Source of the DNA: Phycisphaerae bacterium
GTDB lineage: Bacteria; Planctomycetota; Phycisphaerae; UBA1845; Fen-1342
DNA length: 64,000 nt
NCBI GenBank assembly: GCA_963675745.2
Contig: CAXXWX010000026.1
Span: forward strand, 352,001 to 416,000
Direction of reading: 5' to 3'
Notes under the pieces: model-generated
The model's input: the letters and a program-made list of their open reading frames with translations, nothing else
What the model was told of the DNA's origin: nothing
Databases searched by the model: none
Part shown: piece by piece, positions 27,678 to 37,972 of the stretch
Numbering within the stretch: position 1 is the first letter of the stretch
Layout of the letters: each line of letters opens with the position of its first letter
Position numbers and translations under genes: made by a program

Positions 27678-28766
27678 ATGCGCAAGACGACCAAACGCAT
27701 CCTGATTCTGACTCCTCTGGTTCTGATCGCGCTTCTGATCGGCGGCGGCTTCTGGGTCTGGCACTTGATGAGCGCGCCGCTGTATCGACCGGGGATGGTG
27801 CGCGCCGCGGAGAACCTGCGCGGACCGCTCCAGCCGCCGACACAAACCGGCGAGCCGAACGTCTGGCGGGTCGAGAGCGACATCGACCTGCACCACTTCT
27901 CCCACGGCACCGGAACGCCGCTCTTGTTCGTTCACGGCGGCCCCGGCTTTCCCGCGCGCGAGCTGCCCGCCGGGCTGGCACGGCTCACCGGCGAGTACGA
28001 GATTCATTTCTACGATCAGCGCGGCTGCGGCGATTCGACGCGGCCATTCGACCGGTTTGCATCCAGCAATTTCTACCAGAACATGCTGACGCTCGACAAA
28101 GGTCTCGGCATCGGGGCGCACATCGCCGACATCGAGCGCATCCGCCGCATACTCGGCCGGGACAAGCTGATCATCGTCGGACATTCTTTCGGCGGCTTTC
28201 TGGCCTCGCTCTACGCGGCCGAGTTTCCCGAGCACGTCGCCGGCCTGGTGTTGCTGGCGCCGGCGGACCTGGTGGTCTTTCCGCAGGAGCACGGCGGTTT
28301 GTTTGAGGAAATCCGCGGCCTCTTGCCGGCCGAGCGCCTGGATGAGTACGACCGTTTCGTTGAAGAATACCTGGACTTCTCAAGCGTTTTCACCAAGAGC
28401 GAGGCGGAGTTGGCCGCCCGGAACAGCAAGTTCGCCGAGTTTTTCCGGCTCGCAACTGGAGCGGATGCAGCCGCCGCCACGCAGCCGTCCGACCAAGCCG
28501 CCGGTGGATGGGTGGTGACGGCGGTGTATCTGAGTCTGGGGCTGCGGCATGACTACAGCGCTGCGCTGCGCGATGTAACGGCACCGGTATTGCTCGTACA
28601 TGGCGACGCGGATCTCGTGCCGGCGTCGGTCAGCGAGAGCTATGCGGAGCTATTCCCCAACGCCCGCGTCAGCGTCATTGAGGGGGCCGGTCACATGACG
28701 TTCGATGATCGCCCGAATGAGTTCGCGGAGATCGTCGGCGAGTTTCTGCGCACGCTCGCGGACTAG
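27678..28766 (+). CDS. Membrane-anchored alpha/beta hydrolase (proline iminopeptidase-like)
   Basis: HGGPG, YDQRGCG, GHSFGG nucleophile elbow, HGDAD, GAGH. Confidence 0.9.
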   Translation: MRKTTKRILILTPLVLIALLIGGGFWVWHLMSAPLYRPGMVRAAENLRGPLQPPTQTGEPNVWRVESDIDLHHFSHGTGTPLLFVHGGPGFPARELPAGLARLTGEYEIHFYDQRGCGDSTRPFDRFASSNFYQNMLTLDKGLGIGAHIADIERIRRILGRDKLIIVGHSFGGFLASLYAAEFPEHVAGLVLLAPADLVVFPQEHGGLFEEIRGLLPAERLDEYDRFVEEYLDFSSVFTKSEAELAARNSKFAEFFRLATGADAAAATQPSDQAAGGWVVTAVYLSLGLRHDYSAALRDVTAPVLLVHGDADLVPASVSESYAELFPNARVSVIEGAGHMTFDDRPNEFAEIVGEFLRTLAD

Positions 28767-28781
28767 CCTCGATCCGGCGAT

Positions 28782-28834
28782 TGTGGCACAGGTTTGAAAC
28801 CTGTGGTTCTCACTGGTTGAAAACCAGTGCCACA
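28782..28834. repeat. REP doublet TGTGGCACAGGTTTGAAACCTGTG / CACTGGTTGAAAACCAGTGCCACA
   Basis: Two hairpins in inverted orientation between convergent genes; same family as the IS4 target site. Confidence 0.85.
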
Positions 28835-28861
28835 GCAGCGTAGCACTCCCGCGGCCCAGTG

Positions 28862-30049
28862 TTACGGCCGAGCGCGCTTTGTGCGCCGTGAGTCACGGCT
28901 GCCCTCGACAGCAACCTTGAGATTGGCGGTCCGGCCGTCGTCTATCTGGAACGTGCCGCGCACGCGTTCGCCGCCCCGCCCCTTGCAGCTCAGCTCAACT
29001 TCCCGGCGGGTCATCTTCAGTTTCCAGCGACCGAGGCGCGTCGCCTCCGCCACCCGGTTCTTGGCCACGTCGGGCGGCAGCCAGTCATCATCTGACGTCT
29101 CGATTTTCCGCGCCTGGGCCTTGGAGAAGAACTCACGCGCCGAGCTGAAGCGCTGCCCGTGGCGCGCGGCGAGCGCCAGGTAGTTGATGAACGTGCTCGT
29201 CATGGCCTCGATATTGCCGGCGCGCGTATCCTCGACGGTCATGTCCAGCCAGTACTCCCGCCATTGCCGCTCGAGTTCGTCGATCGGAATCGGGAAGTGC
29301 TCGGCCCAGGCCTTGCTCCAGGCGCGTCCGGCGCCGGCCTGCTGCAAGACCTTTATGAACGGCGCGCGATAGCGGCCGTTGTCGTAGTGCATGATGAAGT
29401 AGACAAAGGACCACGCCTGGCGGTAGTTGCGCCGGGCCTTGCTCTTGATGTCCATGTCCTTGTACCAGCCGTAACCGCCGATACTCAGCAGCTCCTCGAT
29501 GGGCTTGTAGCGATTGCCGCGCAGCTTGTACTGCACGTCCTTCATCGCGTCCTCGTCGATTACTCCGACGACATACCCGCCGCCGGTGAAAACCGCGTGC
29601 CCGAAATACTCGGCCAGCCCCTCATTGGCCCAGGTGGGCACGCCGCCGCCTATGCGGCGGTGTACAAACTGGTGAAAGGCCTCGTGCTGGAGAATCCGCC
29701 AGGTGCGCTCGTTGGTGCGTTTCTCGGAGAGCACGAACAACGCGCTGCCGGTATACAGGCCGCTGGATTCGGGCACGCCGGTGGCTTTTTTGTACTCGGC
29801 CTTGTTGGTGAAGATGACGATCGGGTACTTTTCGGCGATATGTCCGGTGAACTGCGGGGTGTGCTGCAGATAGGCCTCGAATAGGGTATCAACGCGCAGC
29901 TTGGCCTCGCGCACACCTTCCTCATCAAGGTCGGTGTGGATGGTGTAATGTTCGGTTTCGTAGGACTTGAGTTCGGCGATGACGGGGCCTGTGACGGCGA
30001 GGGTGGTTGCCAAGATCAGGATGGCAACCAGGGAGTGGCGTACACACAT
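28862..30049 (-). CDS. Secreted DUF1570 / zincin-like metallopeptidase domain protein
   Basis: YETEHYTIHTD, QHEAFHQF (HExxH), PTWANEGLAEYF, YRQAWSFVYF. Confidence 0.85.
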   Translation of the reverse strand: MCVRHSLVAILILATTLAVTGPVIAELKSYETEHYTIHTDLDEEGVREAKLRVDTLFEAYLQHTPQFTGHIAEKYPIVIFTNKAEYKKATGVPESSGLYTGSALFVLSEKRTNERTWRILQHEAFHQFVHRRIGGGVPTWANEGLAEYFGHAVFTGGGYVVGVIDEDAMKDVQYKLRGNRYKPIEELLSIGGYGWYKDMDIKSKARRNYRQAWSFVYFIMHYDNGRYRAPFIKVLQQAGAGRAWSKAWAEHFPIPIDELERQWREYWLDMTVEDTRAGNIEAMTSTFINYLALAARHGQRFSSAREFFSKAQARKIETSDDDWLPPDVAKNRVAEATRLGRWKLKMTRREVELSCKGRGGERVRGTFQIDDGRTANLKVAVEGSRDSRRTKRARP

Positions 30050-30217
30050 CGCGTGGTCCTCCGACCGAGGCGTCTGTTAATAGTGTAGCACATTTTCGGC
30101 GCGCCGTCGGAGAATTCGCCGGGAGGAGTGCTGTGGGCGCGGTTCTGGGCGGTTGCTGCGGCCGTGATCGCGGGGGCGCGTGGCGCAGCGAATCTTCTCA
30201 AGCGTCCGCCGTTGGTC

Positions 30218-32284
30218 TTAACCTCGCGGCGTGCCCCGCCGTCGGAGTACGACCGGCAGCAACGGGGCCAACACCCCCAGTGTGCCGGGCTCAGGAACGC
30301 CGGTCAGCGTGGCCGTGCCGCCAAGGTAAACGTCGCTGATGTCCCACTGTGCCCAATAGGGCCAGCGCACCTGGTTGAATGCATCGCCGGCAATCAAACC
30401 GCCATTCCAGTCGAACAGGGTAAAGGTTGTTCCGAGCAGGCTGTCGATGTCCGTGCCGGGCGCGAAGTCGAGGAGAAGCGTGCCGGCGAGATCCGCCGCG
30501 ACGCCGTCGGCCAGCGTGATGGTTGAACCCCAGTCGGCGTCGGCGAAGAGCAACTCCAGCATCGCGGTTGCATCGAGCGCGAGCGCATCGTCCACGGTGA
30601 TCGCAATGTCGCCGTCGTAGTCACGCACCTTCAACACCTCGTCTGCGCCGAGGTCAAGCCCGGCGATGTGGCCATCGGGTAGAATGGTGTCGTTGGTGAT
30701 GGCCGACGCCAAATCCGAATCGGTCAGGTTGAGTGCGCCGCGGGTGTCCGCCCAACTCAGGTCAGCGTTTGTCAGCGTGGCGTACCGAAGACTCGCGTCA
30801 GTCAGGCTCGCCGCGCGCATGTCGGTGTTCACCAGTGTTGAGGCAACGAAATTCGCTCTGGTCAGGTTCGCTCCGCCTAGGTCCGCGTCCGTCAGCGTAG
30901 AGAGATAGAGTAACGCATCGCTCAGATCCTGGTTGGCCAGATTCCAGCCGGTCAGGTTGTTGTTGTCCAGTGCGATCCCATGTAGATCACCCATCAGGTA
31001 ACTCGCGGTCGCATAGAGTTGCCCTCCGATAAACCCGCTCGACGTGGTCTCACTGAAGCTGGCCCCTGAGACGGTCGCCCCGCTCAGATCGGCATTCGTG
31101 AGGGTAGCTTCGGCGAGGCTCGCACCGGTGAGATCTGCGTTGCTCAGATCGGCGTCAGTCAGCGTAGCCTGGGAGAGATCTGCGCCCGACAGGTTGGCCC
31201 CGCTCAGGTTAGCGTTCGATAGCGACGCACCCACGATGCACCCATCGGTCAGGTTCGATCCGCTCATGTCCGCGTCGGCAAGCGCGGCCCACTGGAAATC
31301 AGCGCCCGTCAGCCTCTGGTTGGCCAGGTTCCAGCCAGTCAGATCGTTGCCGCCCAGACGAATGCCATGTAGGTCCCCAGCTTGGTAACTTGCCGTCGCG
31401 TAGAGCTGCTCCCTGGCAAAGCCCCTCGACGTTGCGCCACGGAGGTTCGCCTCAGCTACGGTCGCCCCGCTCAGGTCCGCATTCGTCAGAGTGGCGCGGT
31501 AGAAGTCGGCGCCAGTCAGGTTTGCCCCGCCCAGGTCGGCGTCTGTAAGTACTGACTGCGAAAGTGACGCGTTGGTCAAGTCTGCCGCGCTCAGGTTGGC
31601 GTTCGCTAGCGTAGCGCTCGCGATGTGCGCATCAGTCAGGTTCGCCGCGCTCAGGTCGGCATCGGTGAGCGTGGCGTCCATGAAGTGAGCACCGGTCAGG
31701 TTCTGGTTGGCCAGATTCCAGCCGGTCAACAGGTTGTTGCGCAGCGAGATACCGCGCAGGTCTCCCATCTGGTAGCTGGCGGTCCCGTAGAGTTGCGACT
31801 GAGTGAAGCCCTCCGACGTAGTTCCATCGAAACCCGCCCCCGCAACTGTCGCCCCGCTTAGGTCAGCATTTGTGAGCGTGGCGTAGCCCAGTTTCGCATT
31901 AGTCAGGTTTGCCCCGCCCAGGTCGGCGTCTGTAAGTACTGAATTCGAAAGTGACGCATTGGTCAGATCCGCTCCGCTCAGGTCGGCGTTCGTCAGCGTA
32001 GCGCGGAAGAAATCCGCATCGGTAAGGTCCGCCCCCATGAACCAAGCGTCGTCCATCCAACTCCACAGGAACAAACTCCCGTGAAGGTCCAGCCCGCCGG
32101 ATAGGTTGGCATAGCGCAGATTGTGCGACGGCGTGTTCCAGGAGGATAGGTCCGTTTCCGGCCCCGGCGTGATGTTCTCCGTCCCCGGGATCACTTCGCC
32201 GGTGCTCCAGTTGTAGATCTGCCCCATCGCCGGTAACGCCAGAAGGCTGGCCATGATCACGGGGATGCCCCTTGCAACCTGCAT
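30218..32284 (-). CDS. Pentapeptide-repeat protein with PEP-CTERM sorting signal
   Basis: Long A(D/N)LxxA arrays interrupted by three LY.TASY..GDL.GI.L..N.LTGWNLANQ modules; C-terminal VPEPGTLGVLAPLLPVVLRRR. Confidence 0.9.
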   Translation of the reverse strand: MQVARGIPVIMASLLALPAMGQIYNWSTGEVIPGTENITPGPETDLSSWNTPSHNLRYANLSGGLDLHGSLFLWSWMDDAWFMGADLTDADFFRATLTNADLSGADLTNASLSNSVLTDADLGGANLTNAKLGYATLTNADLSGATVAGAGFDGTTSEGFTQSQLYGTASYQMGDLRGISLRNNLLTGWNLANQNLTGAHFMDATLTDADLSAANLTDAHIASATLANANLSAADLTNASLSQSVLTDADLGGANLTGADFYRATLTNADLSGATVAEANLRGATSRGFAREQLYATASYQAGDLHGIRLGGNDLTGWNLANQRLTGADFQWAALADADMSGSNLTDGCIVGASLSNANLSGANLSGADLSQATLTDADLSNADLTGASLAEATLTNADLSGATVSGASFSETTSSGFIGGQLYATASYLMGDLHGIALDNNNLTGWNLANQDLSDALLYLSTLTDADLGGANLTRANFVASTLVNTDMRAASLTDASLRYATLTNADLSWADTRGALNLTDSDLASAITNDTILPDGHIAGLDLGADEVLKVRDYDGDIAITVDDALALDATAMLELLFADADWGSTITLADGVAADLAGTLLLDFAPGTDIDSLLGTTFTLFDWNGGLIAGDAFNQVRWPYWAQWDISDVYLGGTATLTGVPEPGTLGVLAPLLPVVLRRRGTPRG

Positions 32285-32710
32285 CTGGTATATCTCCCCT
32301 TCAACGAGGGCGAGAGCCCTCACGCCCCAATAGTGCTTGCACGCCACGCCGTTTGTTCCCCGGCAATCCAAGCGCAACGTCGGCCGCTGGATCGCCCCTC
32401 TGAGCCGACGTTGGCACGTTCCCGTCAGATGCGACAGGCAAGGCGCCGACAGAAGCCGAGCATGCTCGTGCTCGAAGAGCAGGACGGGAGCGGCTGCCAG
32501 AGTCTGTCACTAGCTTATAGGTCTCCCCCGAGGGCGAATTCAATGTGAGCAATGGTGCTTTTCTCGGTATGCGCGCCCCCGATCACGGAGGGACCGCCAC
32601 CAGACAACGCCCTGCGAGATGCGCCGACACCCGTGCTGCCGTGGCGGTATCGCATCGATTCCGCCCAGAGCCTGGCCACGATGCCACGCACCGCCGGTGT
32701 CCCCCCGCGC

Positions 32711-32983
32711 TTACTTATGCCCGTCGGGCCGCTGCTTGATGTATTTGTCGATCACGGCTTGCTGGATATCCACGCCCTCCACGTTGGCGATCGAGCAGAG
32801 CCAGGCGAACACGTCGGCAAACTCCTCTTCCTTGTTTTTCTGATCGTCGCCGGCGATCGCGCTGGCCAACTCACCGAACTCTTCGGTCAGCCAGAGGAAA
32901 GTCTTGGCCGCCCCGCGGGCGCGGTCCTTTTCGGAGTACATCCGGTCGATTTGCTGCTGAAACTCGCGAATCTGCATGTGCAT
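32711..32983 (-). CDS. MazG-like nucleotide pyrophosphohydrolase
   Basis: FLWLTEEFGELA, EEEFADVFAWLCSIAN; start 32983 or 32977. Confidence 0.88.
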   Translation of the reverse strand: MHMQIREFQQQIDRMYSEKDRARGAAKTFLWLTEEFGELASAIAGDDQKNKEEEFADVFAWLCSIANVEGVDIQQAVIDKYIKQRPDGHK

Positions 32984-33239
32984 GGGCTCCTGTGCGGCTG
33001 GTGGCCGACGGCTTGACCCTATCGCACGAACCGGCGGACAGTCAACTCGGCTGCCCGCTTCTTCGGGCGGACGCGCGCCGACCAACTCGCGAGAGTATAT
33101 CGCGGGCGCCCCGGTCAGGCCCTGACCGGGCACGACCGGGCGCATTGGGTTACAATCGTCCACGGTCAGCCGCGCGGGGCATGCCGGTTGCGACAAAGGC
33201 GCGGCAAAGCGATCGAAACCAGCGAACGGGAGCCACACC

Positions 33240-34025
33240 ATGTCCATACGACGCTTGTCAGCGCTGCTGGTCGTGTCGGTTACCCTGGTGTGGACCGCCG
33301 CCGCCACGGCGCAGCGCGCGCCACGGTCACGGCAACCGGTGCCATCATCGACAACCGCGACACCGCCAGGGGTAATCAACGCCATGGGCGTCGCCGACCT
33401 GGAGGTTGACGTGGATGATGTCGTGATCGTCTTTGGCCTCGAATCCTCGGACGCGAATCTGCGACAGGCCCAGGCCCGCATCGACGCACTGGCCGCCGGG
33501 CTGATCGAGGTCGCGCGGAAATACAAGATCAAGGATCCTCAGATCAAGCCGGACTTCCTCCAGGTTCGCCCACTGCACACCGACGGCGCTGTCACCGGCT
33601 ATGACGTCCGCAAGGACATCCGCTTCACGCTGCACGACGCTGATCAGTTCGAGAGCTTCTTGCTGGATGGGCTCGAAGCGGGCGCTACGCATATCCGCGA
33701 CGTACGGTTTTTGGCGCGCGAATCGCGCCGTCATCAGGAACGCGCGCGCGAGGCCGCCCTCGAAGATGCCGAACGCAAGGCCCGCGGGATGGCGGACAAA
33801 CTCGGGCTGTCGCTGGGCCGGCCCTTGAGCGTCACGCAACGTGAGGACTGCTGGGTATGCGGCGCATACGGCGCCTATCTGCCGTTCACCGGGCCGACGG
33901 CCGAAGGCCGCATGACGGCGGAAAGCACCTGGGATTTCACGGGCGGCGAATACGACGACGATCCGATCGATCCGGGCCATGTCGTGTATAGCGCGCGGGT
34001 CGCGGTCAGCTATCAGCTCGAGTAA
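33240..34025 (+). CDS. SIMPL (DUF541) domain protein
   Basis: Signal peptide; ARERALEDAERKA-type helix (AREAALEDAERKARGMADKLG), C-terminal PG..V.SARVAVSYQL. Confidence 0.85.
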   Translation: MSIRRLSALLVVSVTLVWTAAATAQRAPRSRQPVPSSTTATPPGVINAMGVADLEVDVDDVVIVFGLESSDANLRQAQARIDALAAGLIEVARKYKIKDPQIKPDFLQVRPLHTDGAVTGYDVRKDIRFTLHDADQFESFLLDGLEAGATHIRDVRFLARESRRHQERAREAALEDAERKARGMADKLGLSLGRPLSVTQREDCWVCGAYGAYLPFTGPTAEGRMTAESTWDFTGGEYDDDPIDPGHVVYSARVAVSYQLE

Positions 34026-34058
34026 CTGGTGCGGTAAACACGCTCGGAGGATTACGTA

Positions 34059-34484
34059 ATGAGTTTTGAAGTCACCAAGACCGACGTCTGGGCCGGCAGA
34101 ATCGAAGATCACCCGGGCGCTCTGGCCGACAAGCTCGAAAACGTGATGCGGGCCGGCGCCAATCTGGACTTCATCATCGTGCGGCCGACCGATGACGGAT
34201 CGGAGGCCGGCGTGGTCTTCATGGCCCCGATCTTTGGCAACGAGCAGGTGGCGGCCGCCGCCGAGGTCGGGCTCGACAAGACCAATATCCACACGCTGCG
34301 CCTGATCGGCCCGGACCGCCCCGGACTGGCCGCCGGCATCGCGCGCAAGCTGGCCGAGGCCGGCCTGAACATAACGGGGCTGTCCTCGGCGGCGATTGAG
34401 GACAAGTGCCTGTTTTACGTGCGATTCGGCAGTGAGGATGATCTCCGCGCCGCGGCACAGATCTTGACCTCCAAGCTGGCCTGA
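34059..34484 (+). CDS. Tandem ACT-domain protein
   Basis: IEDHPGALADKL..AGANL and GPDRPGLAAGIARKLAEAGLNI; SD GGAGG. Confidence 0.85.
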   Translation: MSFEVTKTDVWAGRIEDHPGALADKLENVMRAGANLDFIIVRPTDDGSEAGVVFMAPIFGNEQVAAAAEVGLDKTNIHTLRLIGPDRPGLAAGIARKLAEAGLNITGLSSAAIEDKCLFYVRFGSEDDLRAAAQILTSKLA

Positions 34485-34564
34485 TCGGTACGCGCGCACG
34501 CGAGATTCGTGTTCAGTCGGCGGCGGGACAGGTTCGCCGCCTGTGTCACTCACCGGTTGAAAAC

Positions 34565-36075
34565 CAATGGTGTCCGGGAGTTTGCCGGACATCGGGTAAT
34601 ACCTAACATTGTCCGTACTTGCGCCCGGGGCGCGTTTCTGCTCTACTGTGGCGCATGGCCCACAAGGACACGCAACGCGAACGGACGGTGACGCCGATTC
34701 CTCGGCGGCCCGACCAGCTTGACGGTCGGCGGCTCTTCCGCCAGATCGACGAGCACCTGCGCCATCTCCACAGCTTGCCGGCCCACGGCAACCGCACCTT
34801 CTTCTACGACCAACTCGTGGTCGCCCACCTGCTGGCCTTCTTCAACCCCGTGCTGCACAGCCTCCGCCGTATCGAAGACGCCTTCGACCTGCCCAGCGTG
34901 CGACGCCTCTTCGGTATCCACGCCGCCGCCAAAAGCACCGTCGCCGACGCCCAACGCCTCTTCGATCCGCAACGGTTGCAGCCGATTTTCGAGGACCTCA
35001 AGCACCGCGCCAACATCCAGCCGCACGACGCCCGCCTCGACCAACTCACCCGGGAACTGATCGCCGTCGACGGCACGTTCTTCAACGTCGCCAGCCGCAT
35101 CCCCTGGGCCCTCTACAACCGCAAGTCCGCCGGCGACGCGCCCAAGAAGACCGGCCGCCGCGGAAAGACCACCCGCGGCAACGTGCGCGCCCACGTGCAT
35201 TTCGACATCCTGCGCGGCGTGCCGGAGCACTTCACGCTCACCGGCGGAACGGCTTCGGAAGGCGGGCAACTGCAAACCAGTCTGCGGCCCGAACACTGTT
35301 ACGTGCTCGACCGCGGCTTTCAGTCTTACCACCTGCTGGGCGACATCATTCAGGCCGACAGCGATTTCGTGGTGCGGCTGCGGAAGAGCGCCCGCTGCGA
35401 AGTGCTTGAGCCGCGCGGGCTGACCGCCGCCGACCTGGCCGCCGGCGTGCAGAGCGACACGCTGGTGCGAGTCGGCTGGCGGACCGAGCGCACGGCGGAG
35501 TTGCCGCCCTTGCGGCGGGTGGCGGTGAGTGTGGCCGACAAGGACGAACCGCTGGTGCTGTTGACCAGTTGCGTAGACCTGCCGGCGGAGCTGATCGCGT
35601 TGATCTACAAGCATCGCTGGCAGGTTGAGCTGTTTTTCCGCTGGTTGAAGTGCATGGCGCACCTGGAGCACTTTTATTCCGAGTCGCCGCAGGGCATGAC
35701 GCTGCAGCTTTACGTGACGCTGATCGCGACGTTGCTGATCGCGCTGGAGACCGGGGCGCGTCCGAGCGTGTATGACTTTTCGTTGATGAGCATGGTGATG
35801 AACGGCATGGCCCCGCTGGAAGAGGCCCTGGCCGTGGCGGCCAAACGCCGCACCGAGCGCGAGCGTGCCGCCCGGCGGCGACGTGAAAAGGCGGCGCAAA
35901 AAAGCAGCGACTAGGCCCCCGCGCCGGTCCGCGCTCGGACCAGCGCGGCCCGGAGTATGCGCCCCAGGCGCTCGCCGCGGCGCTACGCCACGTCGTCGCC
36001 CCTTCCATGTTCGCGTCAATCTCACCACAATGCACTCAATCTACGCGCCCAGAAAGCAGGTCCCGGACACCATTG
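34565..36075 (+). mobile_element. Complete IS4-family insertion sequence (about 1.5 kb)
   Basis: Perfect 15-bp terminal inverted repeats CAATGGTGTCCGGGA (34565-34579, 36061-36075); direct repeat GTTGAAAAC at 34556-34564 and 36076-36084; one transposase gene. Confidence 0.93.
34655..35914 (+). CDS. IS4-family DDE transposase
   Basis: IAVDGT, YVLDRGF, FVVR, YREK signature YKHRWQVELFFRWLK. Confidence 0.95.
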   Translation: MAHKDTQRERTVTPIPRRPDQLDGRRLFRQIDEHLRHLHSLPAHGNRTFFYDQLVVAHLLAFFNPVLHSLRRIEDAFDLPSVRRLFGIHAAAKSTVADAQRLFDPQRLQPIFEDLKHRANIQPHDARLDQLTRELIAVDGTFFNVASRIPWALYNRKSAGDAPKKTGRRGKTTRGNVRAHVHFDILRGVPEHFTLTGGTASEGGQLQTSLRPEHCYVLDRGFQSYHLLGDIIQADSDFVVRLRKSARCEVLEPRGLTAADLAAGVQSDTLVRVGWRTERTAELPPLRRVAVSVADKDEPLVLLTSCVDLPAELIALIYKHRWQVELFFRWLKCMAHLEHFYSESPQGMTLQLYVTLIATLLIALETGARPSVYDFSLMSMVMNGMAPLEEALAVAAKRRTERERAARRRREKAAQKSSD

Positions 36076-36208
36076 GTTGAAAACCGGTGCCACAGGGGTC
36101 TTGCGGGTGCCACAGGGATATTGCGGGTGCCCCGCGGCTTGCCGTGGGGGACCGATCGCCGGTACAAACCACACAGTCACGACGCCGGAAAACAACCAGG
36201 ATGCTCAC

Positions 36209-37420
36209 ATGAATGACGATGTTCTGCTGATCGGAATCGACGGTGGTGCCACCGAGGTAAAGGCGCACGCCGTCGCGCCCGGAAACCTGAGCTGGCCGAC
36301 CGAGTTCGAACTGCGGCCCGAAGCGGCGTCGCAGGTCTATCCGCGCGCCCCCGGCTTCGTGCCGCTGCCGGTCGCCGAGCAACTGGCCCAGCGTGACGCC
36401 GATCACCTGCAATTCACCCCTGACGAACAAGAACAGGGGCGCATGTGGGTCACGTCGGCGGCCGAAGCCGTCATCGGCGTCGTGCGCCAGTGCGCCGCCT
36501 CGCGGGTGCTGGTGGGCATGGGCATGCCCGGCCTGAAGACGCCTGACCAGCGCGGCATCTGCGTGATCAACAACGGTCCGCGCATCCCGGCGTACCTGGA
36601 ACTGCTGGAGCACAAGCTGGCCGCGGCCGGCATCGAACTCGTCAAGCCGGTCGCCGCGCTCGGCAGTGATGCCGACTACTGCGGCCTGGGTGAAGAGCAC
36701 GCCGCCAACGGGCTGTTTCGCGATGTGGCCAACGCGTATTACGTCGGCTGCGGCACCGGCGTGGCCGATGCACTCAAGCTGCGCGGCGGGCTGGTGCCAT
36801 TCGACGCCGCCAAGGCATGGATCTGCAAGAGCTGGCAAATGCCCAGCGCGCTCGGGCCGACTTTCGAGAAGCTGGTGTCCGCAAAATCGCTCAACGACAT
36901 CTACGCCCGCCTGTCCACGCACGAAGCTTCAGATGTAGCGGCCGGCACCTCGCCGGCCGACCAGCGTAGCGCGGCGCAGCGCTATCCCGAGCAAGCCGCC
37001 GCCACCGGCAACGCCATCGCGGCAACGTGGCTGAACACGGCGGCGCTGGTTCTGGCCGAGCTGATCTTCGAACGACTGTGGACAATCAGGAACGGACGGG
37101 CCGACGCCACCCATCGCGGCGACGCCTGCACGCAGCTCTCGACCGACCACGAGTATCGCGGCCTCATCCTCGAACGCATCGTCATCGGACAGCGACTGGG
37201 GCAGATCTACGCCGATCCCAGGTATGGCGAGCTGTTCGGCCAGACTCTTGAGCGCGGCCTGGCGACGTTGATCGCCAACGGCGGCGATCGAGAGCTCGGC
37301 GATGCGTGCTTGTCACCCAACGCCCAGCTCAAGAGCGGGTTTGTTCAGGCTTCGAAGCTGCGCGCTGCGCCGGCACTAGGCGCGGCGGTCGCCGCACTGC
37401 GCGCGTTTTGTGGCGATTGA
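36209..37420 (+). CDS. Divergent ROK-family / sugar-kinase-fold protein
   Basis: LIGIDGGAT, VGMGMPG, SDADYCGLGE, YVGCGTGVA, LGAA. Confidence 0.75.
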   Translation: MNDDVLLIGIDGGATEVKAHAVAPGNLSWPTEFELRPEAASQVYPRAPGFVPLPVAEQLAQRDADHLQFTPDEQEQGRMWVTSAAEAVIGVVRQCAASRVLVGMGMPGLKTPDQRGICVINNGPRIPAYLELLEHKLAAAGIELVKPVAALGSDADYCGLGEEHAANGLFRDVANAYYVGCGTGVADALKLRGGLVPFDAAKAWICKSWQMPSALGPTFEKLVSAKSLNDIYARLSTHEASDVAAGTSPADQRSAAQRYPEQAAATGNAIAATWLNTAALVLAELIFERLWTIRNGRADATHRGDACTQLSTDHEYRGLILERIVIGQRLGQIYADPRYGELFGQTLERGLATLIANGGDRELGDACLSPNAQLKSGFVQASKLRAAPALGAAVAALRAFCGD

Positions 37421-37477
37421 TGTTGCCACGCGGCGGTGCGGCTACAGTGGTTCCAAACGGCGTTTGTGATCCGACGG

Positions 37478-37541
37478 TGTGCCACGGCTCTGTGAGCCGT
37501 GCGGTTCGCGCCCGAACTGCACTGCTCAAGCGCAGTGGCAC
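37478..37541. repeat. REP-like doublet GTGCCACGGCTCTGTGAGCCGTG / CACTGCTCAAGCGCAGTGGCAC
   Basis: Two hairpins in inverted orientation between convergent genes. Confidence 0.65.
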
Positions 37542-37564
37542 GGCAGACGGTTTCCGAGAGTGTT

Positions 37565-37972
37565 CTACAGCCAGTAGTTCCAGCGTCGCCGCAGCTCGTC
37601 CAGGTTGAAGTTAGCGCCGCACTCCGGGCAACGTCCTTCCGTGCCGAGGCCTGTCAGGCAATATCCACACTCCGTGCATAACGCGAAACCGGGATCCTCC
37701 AACTCGCGTGCCAGGCGCCGACGATCGCGCGCCAGCAACAACACGCCAACGGTCAGGCAGCCAGCGCAACCAATTGCCAGCGCCGGAAACGAAAAGCACG
37801 GCAACAAGCCGACGCCGACACTATCGATGATCATGGCTAGGTACAGCAGCGCCAACCCGAATAGCCAGGAGAATACGAACAGTGTGGCGGTTGCCCGGCG
37901 ACGGCGATGAAGCGCCGAGGGGATGTCGGGATTGTACTCCGGCGTCTCGTCTGATTCGTGTCTGTCCGCCAC
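37565..37972 (-). CDS. Small two-TM membrane protein with C-terminal zinc-ribbon-like motif
   Basis: Two hydrophobic segments, CTECGYCLTGL..CPECG; GTG start with SD AGGGGA. Confidence 0.75.
   Translation of the reverse strand: MADRHESDETPEYNPDIPSALHRRRRATATLFVFSWLFGLALLYLAMIIDSVGVGLLPCFSFPALAIGCAGCLTVGVLLLARDRRRLARELEDPGFALCTECGYCLTGLGTEGRCPECGANFNLDELRRRWNYWL

Noticed and set aside
24695..32284. A complete DGR cassette inside the window
   Set aside because: No reverse transcriptase, avd or second copy of the candidate variable region was found by eye.
34643..36028. 461-aa antisense ORF over the transposase, and similar long shadow ORFs (12618-14234, 38144-39439, 9231-10478, 33345-34592)
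   Set aside because: Expected on the opposite strand of GC-rich genes; no recognisable motifs.
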